Assembly: GCA_951406725.2 (NCBI GenBank)
Contig: OX597826.1
Span: forward strand, 8,804,001-8,868,000
Length of the DNA stretch: 64,000 nucleotides
Reading direction: 5' to 3'
Origin: Octopus vulgaris
Taxonomy: Eukaryota
The number at the start of each line of letters is the position of its first letter. Positions within the stretch are counted from its first letter, which is position 1. The position numbers and the translations under genes were made by a program. This document shows positions 1-12,189 of this stretch, piece by piece. Under the pieces are notes generated by a model that saw nothing but the letters and a program-made list of their open reading frames with translations, ran no database searches and had not been told where the DNA came from.

Positions 1-73
1 TACACAAAACAGTTCCAAACTTCATTAGCCCTGCTTTGGCAACAAAAGTGTAAGACGCCGGCGCAGCTAACCG

Positions 74-235
74 GCACAAGCGTAGCTGCGTTAAGAAATT
101 TGCATAACAGGCGTATGGTTTTGAGTTCAGTTCCACTGCGTGGCACTTAGAGCAAGTGTCTTCTAAACTAATCTTGGGTCGACCAAAGTCTTCTGAGTGA
201 ATTAGATCAACAGAAACTGAACGTCCATCCTATAC
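74..235 (+). mobile_element. SINE family 1 (tRNA-derived, microsatellite-core), degenerate 5' half
   Basis: Diverged match to the head of the copy at 10701 (gttcagttccactgcgtggcacttagagcaagtgtcttc...gaccaaagtc...gagtgaattag...cagaaactga). Confidence 0.65.
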
Positions 236-471
236 ATCCTTAATTTGGAAGTAGTAGTAACTAATACAAGCTTCCCAGGATGAGATACATCCGTTTGTGT
301 GTGTCTTCGTGCGTGCATATGTGTAAACATACAAACATATAAACACGCATCAATAAATTTATAATTAGGTATATAAGCTTTTCTACATAGACAGACAGGA
401 TGTATACATATATATATATAAGTGTGTGCGTGCATGTGTGTGTGTATATGTATGTATATTATTTAAAAATG

Positions 472-688
472 ATATGTTTTACGTGCTACTATTAGTTTCA
501 TGTGCTGAGACAATGCCAAACAGTGTTTTATAACACGTCTGGTGTCCTAGCACGATCATCGGACTCTGCCCACATGGTTATGCTATGTGAGCAGCGTCTG
601 AGGATTGTGCTAACACACCTGACGTGTTATAAAACACTGTTTGGCATGTTCTCAACGCATGAAACTAATAGAGCACATAAAGACATAT
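472..688. repeat. ~217 bp long inverted repeat (palindromic MITE-like element)
   Basis: 513-539 is the exact reverse complement of 621-647 (27 bp); arms stay complementary with mismatches over ~100 bp around a ~9 nt loop. Confidence 0.85.
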
Positions 689-892
689 ATTGTGCTTATT
701 AATTAATATTTATCGCTCACCAGATGAAGTACATTTTTCGTTGATCTCACCATCACGGAACAGTACACTGTGTGTGTGTGTGCGTGTGTGTGTGTGTGTG
801 TCTCTGTGTGTGTGTCTGTGTGCGTGTATGTGTGTGTATGTGTGTATGTGTGTATGTGTGTGTGTTGATTCACCAGAAGCGACAAATTACAG

Positions 893-980
893 TGTCTTTA
901 CCGAACCGCTAAGTTACGGGGTCGTAAACACACCAGCAACGGTTGTCAAGCAGTGGTGGGAGTCGAACACAGACATAATG

Positions 981-1039
<59 letters not shown>

Positions 1040-1320
1040 CATGTATGTATGTATGTATGTATGTATGTATATGTGTATGCATGTATGTATGCATGTATAT
1101 GTGTATGCATGTATGTATGTATGTATGTATGTATGTATATGTGTATGCATGTATGTATGTATGAATATTTGTATACATATGACTGTGTATGCATCTGTAT
1201 GTGCAAATATGTACACACAGAGACACACACACACGCACACACGCACATACGCACACTCACATACGCATGTCCATACACATACACACATGCACGACATCAG
1301 TAAAGCTTCGATTTACCAAA
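893..1320 (-). mobile_element. SINE family 1, partial, with expanded internal microsatellite
   Basis: ccgaaccgctaagttacgggg.cgtaaacacaccagca...ggttgtcaagc matches the family 1 body (cf. 18203-18260), followed by (CA)/(TA)/(ATGT) tracts. Confidence 0.7.
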
Positions 1321-1764
1321 TTCCTCTGATATTGCCATTCCATAGGGATCTCGAATTACTTTATCAAACGTGTCCTTCTATTTTATAACACTAGATGGGT
1401 ATTTGAAAGAAGTTCGGCTGCTGTTGGGGCAGCTATGGATATCGAAACCCTGATTTACTTAATATCTCTCTCAGTCCACATCTCTCATCGCCATAGCTAC
1501 ACACATTCACACAACCCTCCATATATATATACATAACCCTTTCTTTCTCACAATTTCTCTTTCCCCTCTTTCTACCCCTCTCTGTTTTCCTCTCTTTCTC
1601 CAAATCTTTCTCTCCCTCTCCCCTTCCTCTTTGCTTCTCTCTCTCTCTCTCTCTCAATCTCTGTATGTATATATATATACATATATATACATATATATAT
1701 ATGGTCAATTCAAATAAGCGAATCAAAAACGAAAAGAAGGAAAACAAAGAACGTGAGGTATACA

Positions 1765-2104
1765 TGTATGTGTGTATGTACGTATGTATGTATGTATGTA
1801 TGTATGTATGTATGTATGTATGTATGTATGTATGTATGTATGAATGTATGTATGTATGTATGTATGTTTGAATGTATATATATGTATGAATGTATGTATG
1901 TATGTATGAATGTATGTATGTATGTATGAATGTATATATATGTATGAATGTATGTATGTATGTATGAATGTATGTATGTATGTATGAATGTATGTATGTA
2001 TGTACGTATGTGTGTGTGTGTGTGTGTTTGAATTCCCTTCCTCTCCGATGTCAAAATTTCTTTTATCTTTTCTAATCATCTCTCTCCCTCTCTCTCTCTC
2101 TCCC

Positions 2105-2145
<41 letters not shown>

Positions 2146-2288
2146 TTCTTTGTACACAAGAACACACAATGCAAACACTCGCACAAATACACATACACAA
2201 ATACACCCACACACAAATACACACACATATATATACACATACACACACACACATTCACACACACACACACATATACATATATATATAT

Positions 2289-2320
<32 letters not shown>

Positions 2321-2360
2321 CATAATATATATATATATACATACATGTATATATGTATAT

Positions 2361-2397
<37 letters not shown>
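1765..2397. repeat. Compound microsatellite (ATGT)n/(CT)n/(CA)n/(TA)n
   Basis: Direct inspection. Confidence 0.95.
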
Positions 2398-2488
2398 TTG
2401 TCATATGTGTGACTATAACTCACTCCTTTCCTCTCTTTCTTCACTTACTTTTTTGCTCACTCCCCCTCTCCTTCTCTCTTGCTTCCAT

Positions 2489-2525
<37 letters not shown>

Positions 2526-2875
2526 CCATCGGAACACTTCATTTAATCTAGATGCTAATTAACTTTACTTCGCGTTTTTCCGAAATCGTCTTCCCGACCC
2601 CCACCACCATAGCTCTACTTTCTAAATCACCCCGCCTCCCGTGCCCACCTCCACAAAATCATTACACACCCACCAAGCCACCCACCCTCCCTCCGTGCAC
2701 CATAACTGGATGATCTATATGACACATCTAATAATGTTGTATGTAACTAGCGAAAGAGCATGTTTTATTAGTCAACACTCGATTTACATAAATCCCAAGG
2801 TAGATCCAACTGCTGCTGCAGCTGCCGACGGCGTGGATTCTATGCCACCAGATATTTTAATGATGCAAACGAACG

Positions 2876-3135
<260 letters not shown>

Positions 3136-3528
3136 AGATCATGAAGAAAAAAAATGCTTTCTAATTGATGTATCAATACCGGCAGAAGACAACGTGTCTC
3201 TAAAAGAAATGGAGAAACTTTCAAAATACAAAGACCTGGAAATAGAGGTAACTAGAATGTGGAATCTAAAAACAGAAACAATTCCTATCATAGTAGGTGC
3301 ATTAGGCATGATAAAAAAAATATTCAGACAAATACATAACAAAAACACCAGGACTTACAAACACATATAACATACAGAAAATTGCACTACTAGGCACTGC
3401 ACACATCCTACGCAGAACACTTTCCATACAATAACCATCAGAGCATCACAACAAATCACAGCACATACCCAAGGCACACAGAGCTACGCTCGGTAGTGAA
3501 GTGCAAGCGCGCTATAAAAATAAAACTA

Positions 3529-3531
<3 letters not shown>
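3136..3531 (+). mobile_element. R4/Dong-clade LINE 3' fragment A (REL endonuclease C-terminus + 3' UTR)
   Basis: Translates DHEEKKCFLIDVSIPAEDNVSLKEMEKLSKYKDLEIEVTRMWNLKTETIPIIVGALG, then after a poly-A frameshift IQKIALLGTAHILRRTLS; homologous to the end of ORF 5594-7885; (TAA)n on both sides. Confidence 0.9.
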
Positions 3532-3610
<79 letters not shown>

Positions 3611-3670
3611 TTAATATTAATAATAATAACAATAATAATAACAATGATAATAATAATAACAATAATAATA

Positions 3671-3830
3671 CTTTCTACTAAAGGCACAAGGCCTGAAATT
3701 TTGGGGAGGGGAATAGTCGATTACATCTACCCCAGTATGCGGCTGGTACTTATTTTATCAACCTCCGAAAGAATGAAAAGGCAAAGTCGGCCTTGGCGGA
3801 ATTCGAACTCCGAACGTAAAGACGGACGAA

Positions 3831-3833
<3 letters not shown>
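3671..3833 (-). mobile_element. SINE family 2, 5'-truncated, tail type C
   Basis: Reverse complement gives gagttcgaattccgccaaggccgactttgccttttc...aataagtaccag...aaatttcaggccttgtgcctttagtagaaag. Confidence 0.8.
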
Positions 3834-3864
<31 letters not shown>

Positions 3865-4006
3865 CGACGACGATGACGATGACGACAACGACGATGATGA
3901 TGATGACGATGACGATGATGATGATGTTGGTGGTGGTGATGATGATGACGATGACGATGACGATGACGATGACTATGACAATGATGATGATGACGATGAT
4001 GATGAC

Positions 4007-4040
<34 letters not shown>
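3831..4040. repeat. (GAT/GAC)n microsatellite
   Basis: Direct inspection. Confidence 0.95.
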
Positions 4041-5576
<1,536 letters not shown>

Positions 5577-5592
5577 TAGTAATAATAGTAAT

Positions 5593-8094
5593 AAGATCTG
5601 CTCTCAGGAGGTCAAGCAAATGGAAGTCTCCAGGAAAGGATAAAATCCCTAACTTTTGGTTGAATGCCTTCCCAGAGAGCCATAAACTGCTAGCAGAACT
5701 TTACAATGATGTTTTGCAACACCCTAGTAGGATGCCTCCTTGGCTAGTTAATGGGTTAACATTCCTGCTTCCAAAAAGTGAAGAAACAAATGAACCCAAA
5801 AACTATAGACCCATAACCTGCTTAACAACTATGTATAAAACACTAACATCTGTCCTGACGGAATATACCTATAGTTTTTTGACAGACAGCAGCATATTCC
5901 CTAATGAACAGAAAGGATGTAAACGTGGATCCTACGGTTGTAAAGATCAACTACTCATCAATAAGATGATCTTAGAAGATTGTCACAAACGACACAAAAA
6001 CTTATCAATAGCCTGGATAGACTATAAAAAGGCTTTTGATAGCCTACCACATAGCTGGATTAATAAATGCCTAGAAATGTATAAGATAGCACCTGCTCTG
6101 CGAAACTTTTTGTCTGTAAGTATGAGATCATGGAGAACCACACTAACTCTGAACAGTGACAATGAATCCCTAAATGCTGGTGATGTAAACATTTCGTGTG
6201 GCATTTTCCAGGGTGACTCCCTATCACCGCTCCTCTTCTGTTTAGCCTTAATACCTCTCTCAAAACTGCTCAATGATGCGCAGTACGGATATAAAATGTT
6301 TGATAAAAATATAAATCATCTCATTTACATGGATGATTTAAAGCTCTTTGCAAAAAATGACCAACAACTCAAGGGCTTACTAGCGATTGTCAAACAATTC
6401 AGTGATGACATCAGAATGCAATTTGGCCTCGATAAATGCGCAAAAGCTACCTTTATCAAAGGAAAAATGACACAAACATCTAACGTTAACCTTGACCAGC
6501 AGAATGTCATAAAAGAATTAGACCCAGCAGAGAACTACAAGTATCTAGGGGTAATTGAAGGAGAAGGAATAAGGCATTCAGAGATGAAGGAAAGGATCAG
6601 GAGAGAATGCTATCGCAGAGTAAGAGCAATACTCAAGACAGAGCTGAATGCGAGAAACAGGATCGAAGCGATCAATGCATTAGCCATACCAGTCGTGACT
6701 TACAGTTTCAGTATCGTTAACTGGTCAATTACTGAAATATGTAATCTTGACAGAAAAATACGAAAACTGTTGACAATGCATAGAATGCACCACCCTAAGA
6801 CAGATACAGAACGACTTTATCTGCCAAGAAAAGAGGGTGGCCGTGGACTTTTACAAATGGCAATAACAATGAAGATTGCTACAATTGGCCTAGACACCTA
6901 CCTGAAAAACTCTGAGGACTGGATGTTAAAACTTGTCTCAAAACATGAAAACAAGAAAGCATCATACTCAGTAACAAAACAGGCAAAGGAATATCTAAGT
7001 GAATTCCGAATACAACAAATTTCGGAATTAGAGATAGACATACAAGAAACAGGCACAGAAAAAGCTAAGCGCATGAAAACCCGTGCTAAATCTGCGGCCT
7101 TAGATATTCTGAATGATAAATGGCAAAAAAAACCTCTCTATGGCAAATACCCAAAGAGAGCAAATAATGCAGATGTTGACAAAGCCCTGACCCATCAATG
7201 GCTAATGGCCTCTGGCTTAAAATCTGAAACAGAGGGGTTTATCATAGCAGCTCAAGATCAATGCCTACCAACAAGAAACTACCAGGCCAACATATTAAAG
7301 ATCAGAAGCAGTCCAACGTGTCGTGTATGCAAGCAACAAAATGAAACCATTGACCATGTGGTCTCCAAGTGCAGTCTTCTAGCGCCTACAGAGTATCTCA
7401 ACAGGCACGATAGAGCTGCACAATATATTCACTGGGTAATCTGTAAAAACCTGGATTTGCCCCATGAAAAAAACTGGTGGGAACACAAACCACCCCCAGT
7501 GCTTGAAAATGACCACATCTCACTCCTCTGGAACTTCGCCATTCAAACTGACAGAAAGATAGATGCAAATAGGCCAGACATCATATTGAAAGACTTCAAA
7601 CAAAGAACATGCCTCCTCATTGATATGACTGTCCCAATCGATATAAACGTATCTGTCAAGACCTACCAAAAACTGAGCAAATATAAAGATCTTGAAATAG
7701 AAATCAGCAAAATGTGGAAGCTGAAGACTAAAACAATACCTGTTGTCATAGGTGCCCTGGGAATGATAGCAAAAGGGGCAGATAGCTACCTAACTCAGAT
7801 ACCAGGAAACCCAAAAATGGCAGAAATTCAAAAGATAGTGCTCATGGGAACTCCTCATATCCTACGCAAAATAATTTCTATGTAATCTCAAGTTTTAAAA
7901 CAAACATAATTTTCGGTTTAAAAAAAAAAAAAAAAATTTTTTTTTTTAGACATTCATTAGTACAACACCCACACCCCCCAAATATATGGCACACTAGGCA
8001 TAACAACAACATGAACTTCCAACCCTGTTGTCTCTTGAGGTCTCTGGGTGAGACTTGGAGCCAACTTGTACAAATATAAAGCAAAAGTCAAACA
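5593..8094 (+). mobile_element. R4/Dong-clade LINE C, 5'-truncated, inserted in (TAA)n
   Basis: (TAA)n at 5478-5592 and from ~8095; uninterrupted RT-REL ORF followed by ~210 bp 3' UTR. Confidence 0.95.
5594..7885 (+). CDS. Non-LTR retrotransposon reverse transcriptase + restriction-like endonuclease (R4/Dong clade), N-terminally truncated
   Basis: KSPGKD, NYRPITCL, IDYKKAFDS, GIFQGDSLSPLLFCLAL, YMDD, YKYLG; CCHC knuckle CRVC...HVVSKC; RHD; RPDII...IDM...KLSKY. The listed ORF start (5459) and poly-Ile come from flanking DNA. Confidence 0.92.
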   Translation, partial: RSALRRSSKWKSPGKDKIPNFWLNAFPESHKLLAELYNDVLQHPSRMPPWLVNGLTFLLPKSEETNEPKNYRPITCLTTMYKTLTSVLTEYTYSFLTDSSIFPNEQKGCKRGSYGCKDQLLINKMILEDCHKRHKNLSIAWIDYKKAFDSLPHSWINKCLEMYKIAPALRNFLSVSMRSWRTTLTLNSDNESLNAGDVNISCGIFQGDSLSPLLFCLALIPLSKLLNDAQYGYKMFDKNINHLIYMDDLKLFAKNDQQLKGLLAIVKQFSDDIRMQFGLDKCAKATFIKGKMTQTSNVNLDQQNVIKELDPAENYKYLGVIEGEGIRHSEMKERIRRECYRRVRAILKTELNARNRIEAINALAIPVVTYSFSIVNWSITEICNLDRKIRKLLTMHRMHHPKTDTERLYLPRKEGGRGLLQMAITMKIATIGLDTYLKNSEDWMLKLVSKHENKKASYSVTKQAKEYLSEFRIQQISELEIDIQETGTEKAKRMKTRAKSAALDILNDKWQKKPLYGKYPKRANNADVDKALTHQWLMASGLKSETEGFIIAAQDQCLPTRNYQANILKIRSSPTCRVCKQQNETIDHVVSKCSLLAPTEYLNRHDRAAQYIHWVICKNLDLPHEKNWWEHKPPPVLENDHISLLWNFAIQTDRKIDANRPDIILKDFKQRTCLLIDMTVPIDINVSVKTYQKLSKYKDLEIEISKMWKLKTKTIPVVIGALGMIAKGADSYLTQIPGNPKMAEIQKIVLMGTPHILRKIISM

Positions 8095-8146
8095 TAGTAG
8101 TAATAATAATAATAATAATAATAACAACAACAACAACAGCAACAAA

Positions 8147-8346
8147 TGGCACAAGGCCTCAGATTTGGCGGGAAGGGATAAGTCGATTACATCGACCCTA
8201 ATGTTTTACTCGTACTTAATTATCGACCCTGAAAGGATGAAAGTCAAAGTCGACCTCAGCGGAATTTGAACTCAGAACATAACGACGGGCGAAGTACCAC
8301 TAAGCATTTTGTCCAACCTGCTAACCATTCTGCTAGCTCGCCGTCC
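8147..8346 (-). mobile_element. SINE family 2
   Basis: Reverse complement gives gcgagctagcagaatggttagc...gagttcaaattccgctgaggtcgactttgactttcatcc. Confidence 0.8.
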
Positions 8347-8605
8347 ATGATAATAATAATATTAGTAATAACCGCGACCACGACGACTACAACGATGACG
8401 ACGACTACGACGACGGGGAGGAGGAGGATGGTATTTTCTTCATTAGTTACAAGTGCAGCATAATTGCACCTATGAACATGCAATATTATAGCCCAGTATT
8501 TGTGAGCTGCAACACAATAATTAAAAAATGATTACAATTAGAAAAATCCATGGAAATTCCACGTTTTATCAATGTTTTATTTCAGTTTTGATGCATGATG
8601 AAATA

Positions 8606-9897
8606 CGAAGGGTGTTCAATAAGTAATGCCCCTGATCCACTTCCCATAGCAGTAGAGCAACGACACTTGTCACAGTTATTAGTCTTTTTCTACATAGGAA
8701 CCACCCAGAGTTACGCATTTCTCCCATTGTTTGATGCATCTCTGGAGACCGTTTTTGTAGAAGACCCCAGCTTAGTCCTCCAACCACGACGTGACTTCAG
8801 AAAACAAGGCTGCATCATCTGGGAAACGCTTTCCTTTCAAAAATAGCTTCATGGCTGGGAAGAGGTGAAAACCAGAGGGTGCAAGGTCAGGAGAGTAGGG
8901 GGAATGGGGGAGGAGTTCATAGCCGCACGCCTGTGCTTCTGATCTGGCGACACGCGAGTTGTGGACCGGAGCGATGTCCTGCAGGAAGAGGATGCCTTTG
9001 CTGATCTTGCCCCACCTCTTGATTTTGATAGTTTCTCTTAATTTCCTCAAAAGTGAAGCATAATAGGCTCTTGTAATTGTGGTACCCTTTGCCAGGAAAT
9101 CTGTCATCACTACTCCGTCCTGGTCCCAGAAGACTGTGAGCATGACCTTGCCAGCGGAGGGCTGCACCCTTGCCTTCTTTGGAGGAGGTGAGTCACGGTG
9201 CTTCCACTGCATTGACTGGGCTTTGGTCTCTGGATCATAGTGATGGACCCAGGTTTCATCCTGTGTAATCAGTCTTTTGAAAAATGTTGTCTCATCCTCT
9301 TGGCACATCTCCAAATTCATCCTCGAGCACTCGACGCGTTCTTGCTTCTGGAAAGGTGTGAGCAACCAGGGAATCCATATGGCAGACACCTTTTGCATAT
9401 GCAAATGGTCATGAATGATAGTTTCCACAGACCCGGTACTAATCTTGACCTCATGGGCTATTTGGCGAATAGTTATGCGGCGATCTTCCAAAATGGCACC
9501 CTCAACTTGACGGACAGATGCCTCATCAATGGCAGAAGGGGGCGACCAGATCTGGGAGCTGTTTCCACAGAGTTTCGACCATGTTTGAATTCACGATGCC
9601 AGCGTTTTACAAGGTCATATGATGGGGCATTATTACCATAAGTTACTTTCATTTCATCAAAAGTCTCCCGTGGTGTGCGTCCTTTCAAATACAAAAACCG
9701 CGTCACTGCTCGACACTCAACAGGCTCCATTTCACACTTGACTCAGTTCAAACACCTGTAAATCAGAAACGACAATTAGTTCAGAGCTGTAACTTGCCAC
9801 TCAATCTATAGAGATAGAAATAATTGCACATGCACAATTTCAGCTAGATCAAACAACCTCAAGAGGGTCAGGGGCATTACTTATTGAACGTCCCTCG
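8606..9897 (-). mobile_element. Full-length mariner DNA transposon (1292 bp)
   Basis: TIRs cgaagggtgttcaataagtaatgcccctga / tcaggggcattacttattgaacgtccctcg; TA duplication at 8604-8605 and 9898-9899. Confidence 0.95.
8679..9730 (-). pseudogene. Mariner transposase pseudogene
   Basis: ORFs 9473-9730 and 8772-9491 overlap via a frameshift; motifs WIPWLL, TQDETW, LQDIAP, YSPDLAPSG (third catalytic D replaced by G); premature TAA at 8772, then AGVFYKNGLQRCIKQWEKCVTLGGSYVEKD*. Confidence 0.92.
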
Positions 9898-9971
9898 TAA
9901 CATGTTCTTTCCTTATGTCAAATATGCCGTTTACGTCTTCGATTTCTTTCCATAGCCAAGATCGCTTAAAC

Positions 9972-10304
9972 CAGTGCTTCCCAGCTATTTTTGACCTGTG
10001 GACCCATTTGATTACTATTTTTCTCTGGTGAACCCCCAAAGCCAATAAAATGTTCAAATACTATTTTCATAGACACATTATTCAAGATTTCTATTTTGTT
10101 TTTCACATATTAACTTGTGTAGGCTGAGACATGTATAACGTTAGAGAAAGAAACCTAGGTGTTTCTTTCAATAAATACATCTAAAGCAACATTATTTTGT
10201 GGACTCCCTAAAATACTAACGAATTTATCATTTTGCTTATGTGAACCCAAAAAATCTTATATGGGCCTCCAGGGGGTCATATGGACTCCAATTGAGAATC
10301 AGTG
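9972..10304. mobile_element. hAT (Charlie-like) non-autonomous element / MITE
   Basis: Ends cagtgcttcccagc...ttgagaatcagtg; perfect 8 bp TSD gcttaaac at 9964-9971 and 10305-10312. Confidence 0.85.
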
Positions 10305-10483
10305 GCTTAAACAGTAATACTCGAACTTGTTTCGTCATACAGAAGATTTCGATTATATTATCTATTTCCTTCTACATTTAAGGTTCTTAAACGCGCTACG
10401 TTCGAACACATGTCGTGACTAGGAAAATAATAATAAAGATCAATGTTCCTCAAGGTGAAGAGTGGCAATATCTTGATGTAGTC

Positions 10484-10690
10484 AGGCGCGAGCTGGCAGA
10501 ATCGGTAGCACACGGGGTAAAATGCTTAACGGCATTTCGTCCGTCTTACCGTTCTGAGTTCAAATGCCGACGGGTCGACTTTGCTTTTCACTCCTTCGGG
10601 GTCGATAAAACAAGAACACTGGGGTCGATGTAATTGACTTAACCTCTCCCACGAAATTGCTAGACTTGTGCCAAAATTTGAAATCAATAT
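10484..10690 (+). mobile_element. SINE family 2, tail type B
   Basis: A box tggcagaatcgg, B box gagttcaaatgcc, core gtcgactttgc...gtcgataaa, tail ttgtgccaaaatttgaaatc. Confidence 0.85.
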
Positions 10691-10700
10691 TTTAATGTGT

Positions 10701-11139
10701 AGCGCAGGAGTGGCTGTGTGGTAAATAGGTTGCTTACCAACCACATGGTTCCGGGTTCAGTCCCACTGCTTGGCACCATGGGCAAGTGTCGTCTACTATA
10801 GCCGCGTGCCGACCAAAGCCTTGTGAGTGGATTTGGTAGACAGAAACTGAAAAGAAGCCTGTCGTATATATATATATATGCATATGTATGTGTGTGTATA
10901 TGTTTGTGTGTTTGTGTTTGTGTCCCCCCCCCCCTCGTCAACATCACTTGACAACCGATGCTGGTGTGTTTACGTCCCCGTCACTTAGCGGTTCGGCAAA
11001 AGAGACCGATAGACTAAGTACTAGGCTTACAAAGAATAAGTCCTGGAGATGATTTGCTCGACTAAAGGCGTTGCTCCAGCATGGCCGGAGTCAAATGACT
11101 GAAACAAGAAAAAGAGTGAAAGAATAAGAGTAAAGAGAG
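10701..11139 (+). mobile_element. SINE family 1, full length
   Basis: A box tggctgtgtgg, B box ggttcagtccc, CORE-like gcaccatgggcaagtg, internal (TA)/(TG) tract, 3' tail gtcaaatgactgaaacaag(aaagagt)n. Confidence 0.9.
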
Positions 11140-12104
11140 TGGATTTCTTCAGAAAGGAATAAAGCTAGCAATAAAAATTTTGATTAAAACTTCTTTCGAA
11201 TTCAATCATTTTTGTTGATGATGTTTAGTTTCAGATCAGCTCTGACTGGCTCGAAGCGTGATCAAAGACGACATTCTGTGTCCATTTCACGTTTTGAAAG
11301 TCTACTTTATGGAGAAAATAATTATCCTATATTTCTTCCCTTCTTAAAGCGATAGGGTGTTACTCGAAGGAAATTTGGTGGCAATAACAGCAACAAGAAT
11401 TCCATCATCAACTACTCCACCATCAGTTTGGAGCGGTAGGTATTAAGTGTTCTGGTAGTAAAAGTGTTTACTGAATTATTGCTATATGAATATCATGAGA
11501 GATGATAAAAGCTTTTAGTTCTATAAAGGTGATTTTAAAGCCGTTAGTATTTCATTGATTTTTAGATTTGGGTTTTAGCAATTTATTGTTATAAGTGAAA
11601 CGTTTACTTTTAAACCTATTTTGAGCAAAGTTTAGAAGTGGATATCTTTTTATCGTATAAATGTTATTTTCCTGTATAGTCGTGTATTTTCCTGAATTAT
11701 TCATAAATTTTCATAAATTTATATGGATGTTATGCAAATTTTGTAAGAAAACCTAGCTTTCTGGGAGTTTTAGAACACATTTTCTTCACTTATAGTCATT
11801 GATCTTCTCCAACGGTTTCGTACGCGTGAGGATATTTCTGTGTGGGGTAAACGCCGTTTGACCAGCTTTATGGCAGTGTCCATTTCTCCTCAGGCATATT
11901 GTATTCAGTATTAATTTATCCTGTATGTTTAGCCAATTTTTTTACATGTTTTAGGCGTTTCAGGAACATATCAATATACAGGTTTCTCCACCATCCAGTA
12001 AAGCAGTAGAGCGCTGTATAATCTAATTGGCAGCAGTAGCAACAATAACAACAAATACATTAGTCACAGCAGACCCCATGTTACAAAAACAATTTCAAAT
12101 AACA

Positions 12105-12170
12105 GGCATATGGCGTAGTGGTTAAGAGCGCGTGCTACTAACCCCGAGTTCGATTCCAAACAGTGACCTG
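12105..12170 (+). mobile_element. Isolated tRNA-derived SINE head
   Basis: A box tggcgtagtgg (12111-12121), B box gagttcgattcc (12146-12157); no complete cloverleaf. Confidence 0.6.
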
Positions 12171-12189
12171 AACAATAACAACTTCAAAT

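Noticed and set aside
11460-12010. Possible minus-strand Penelope RT remnant
   Set aside because: Only vague similarity; no motif could be read with confidence.
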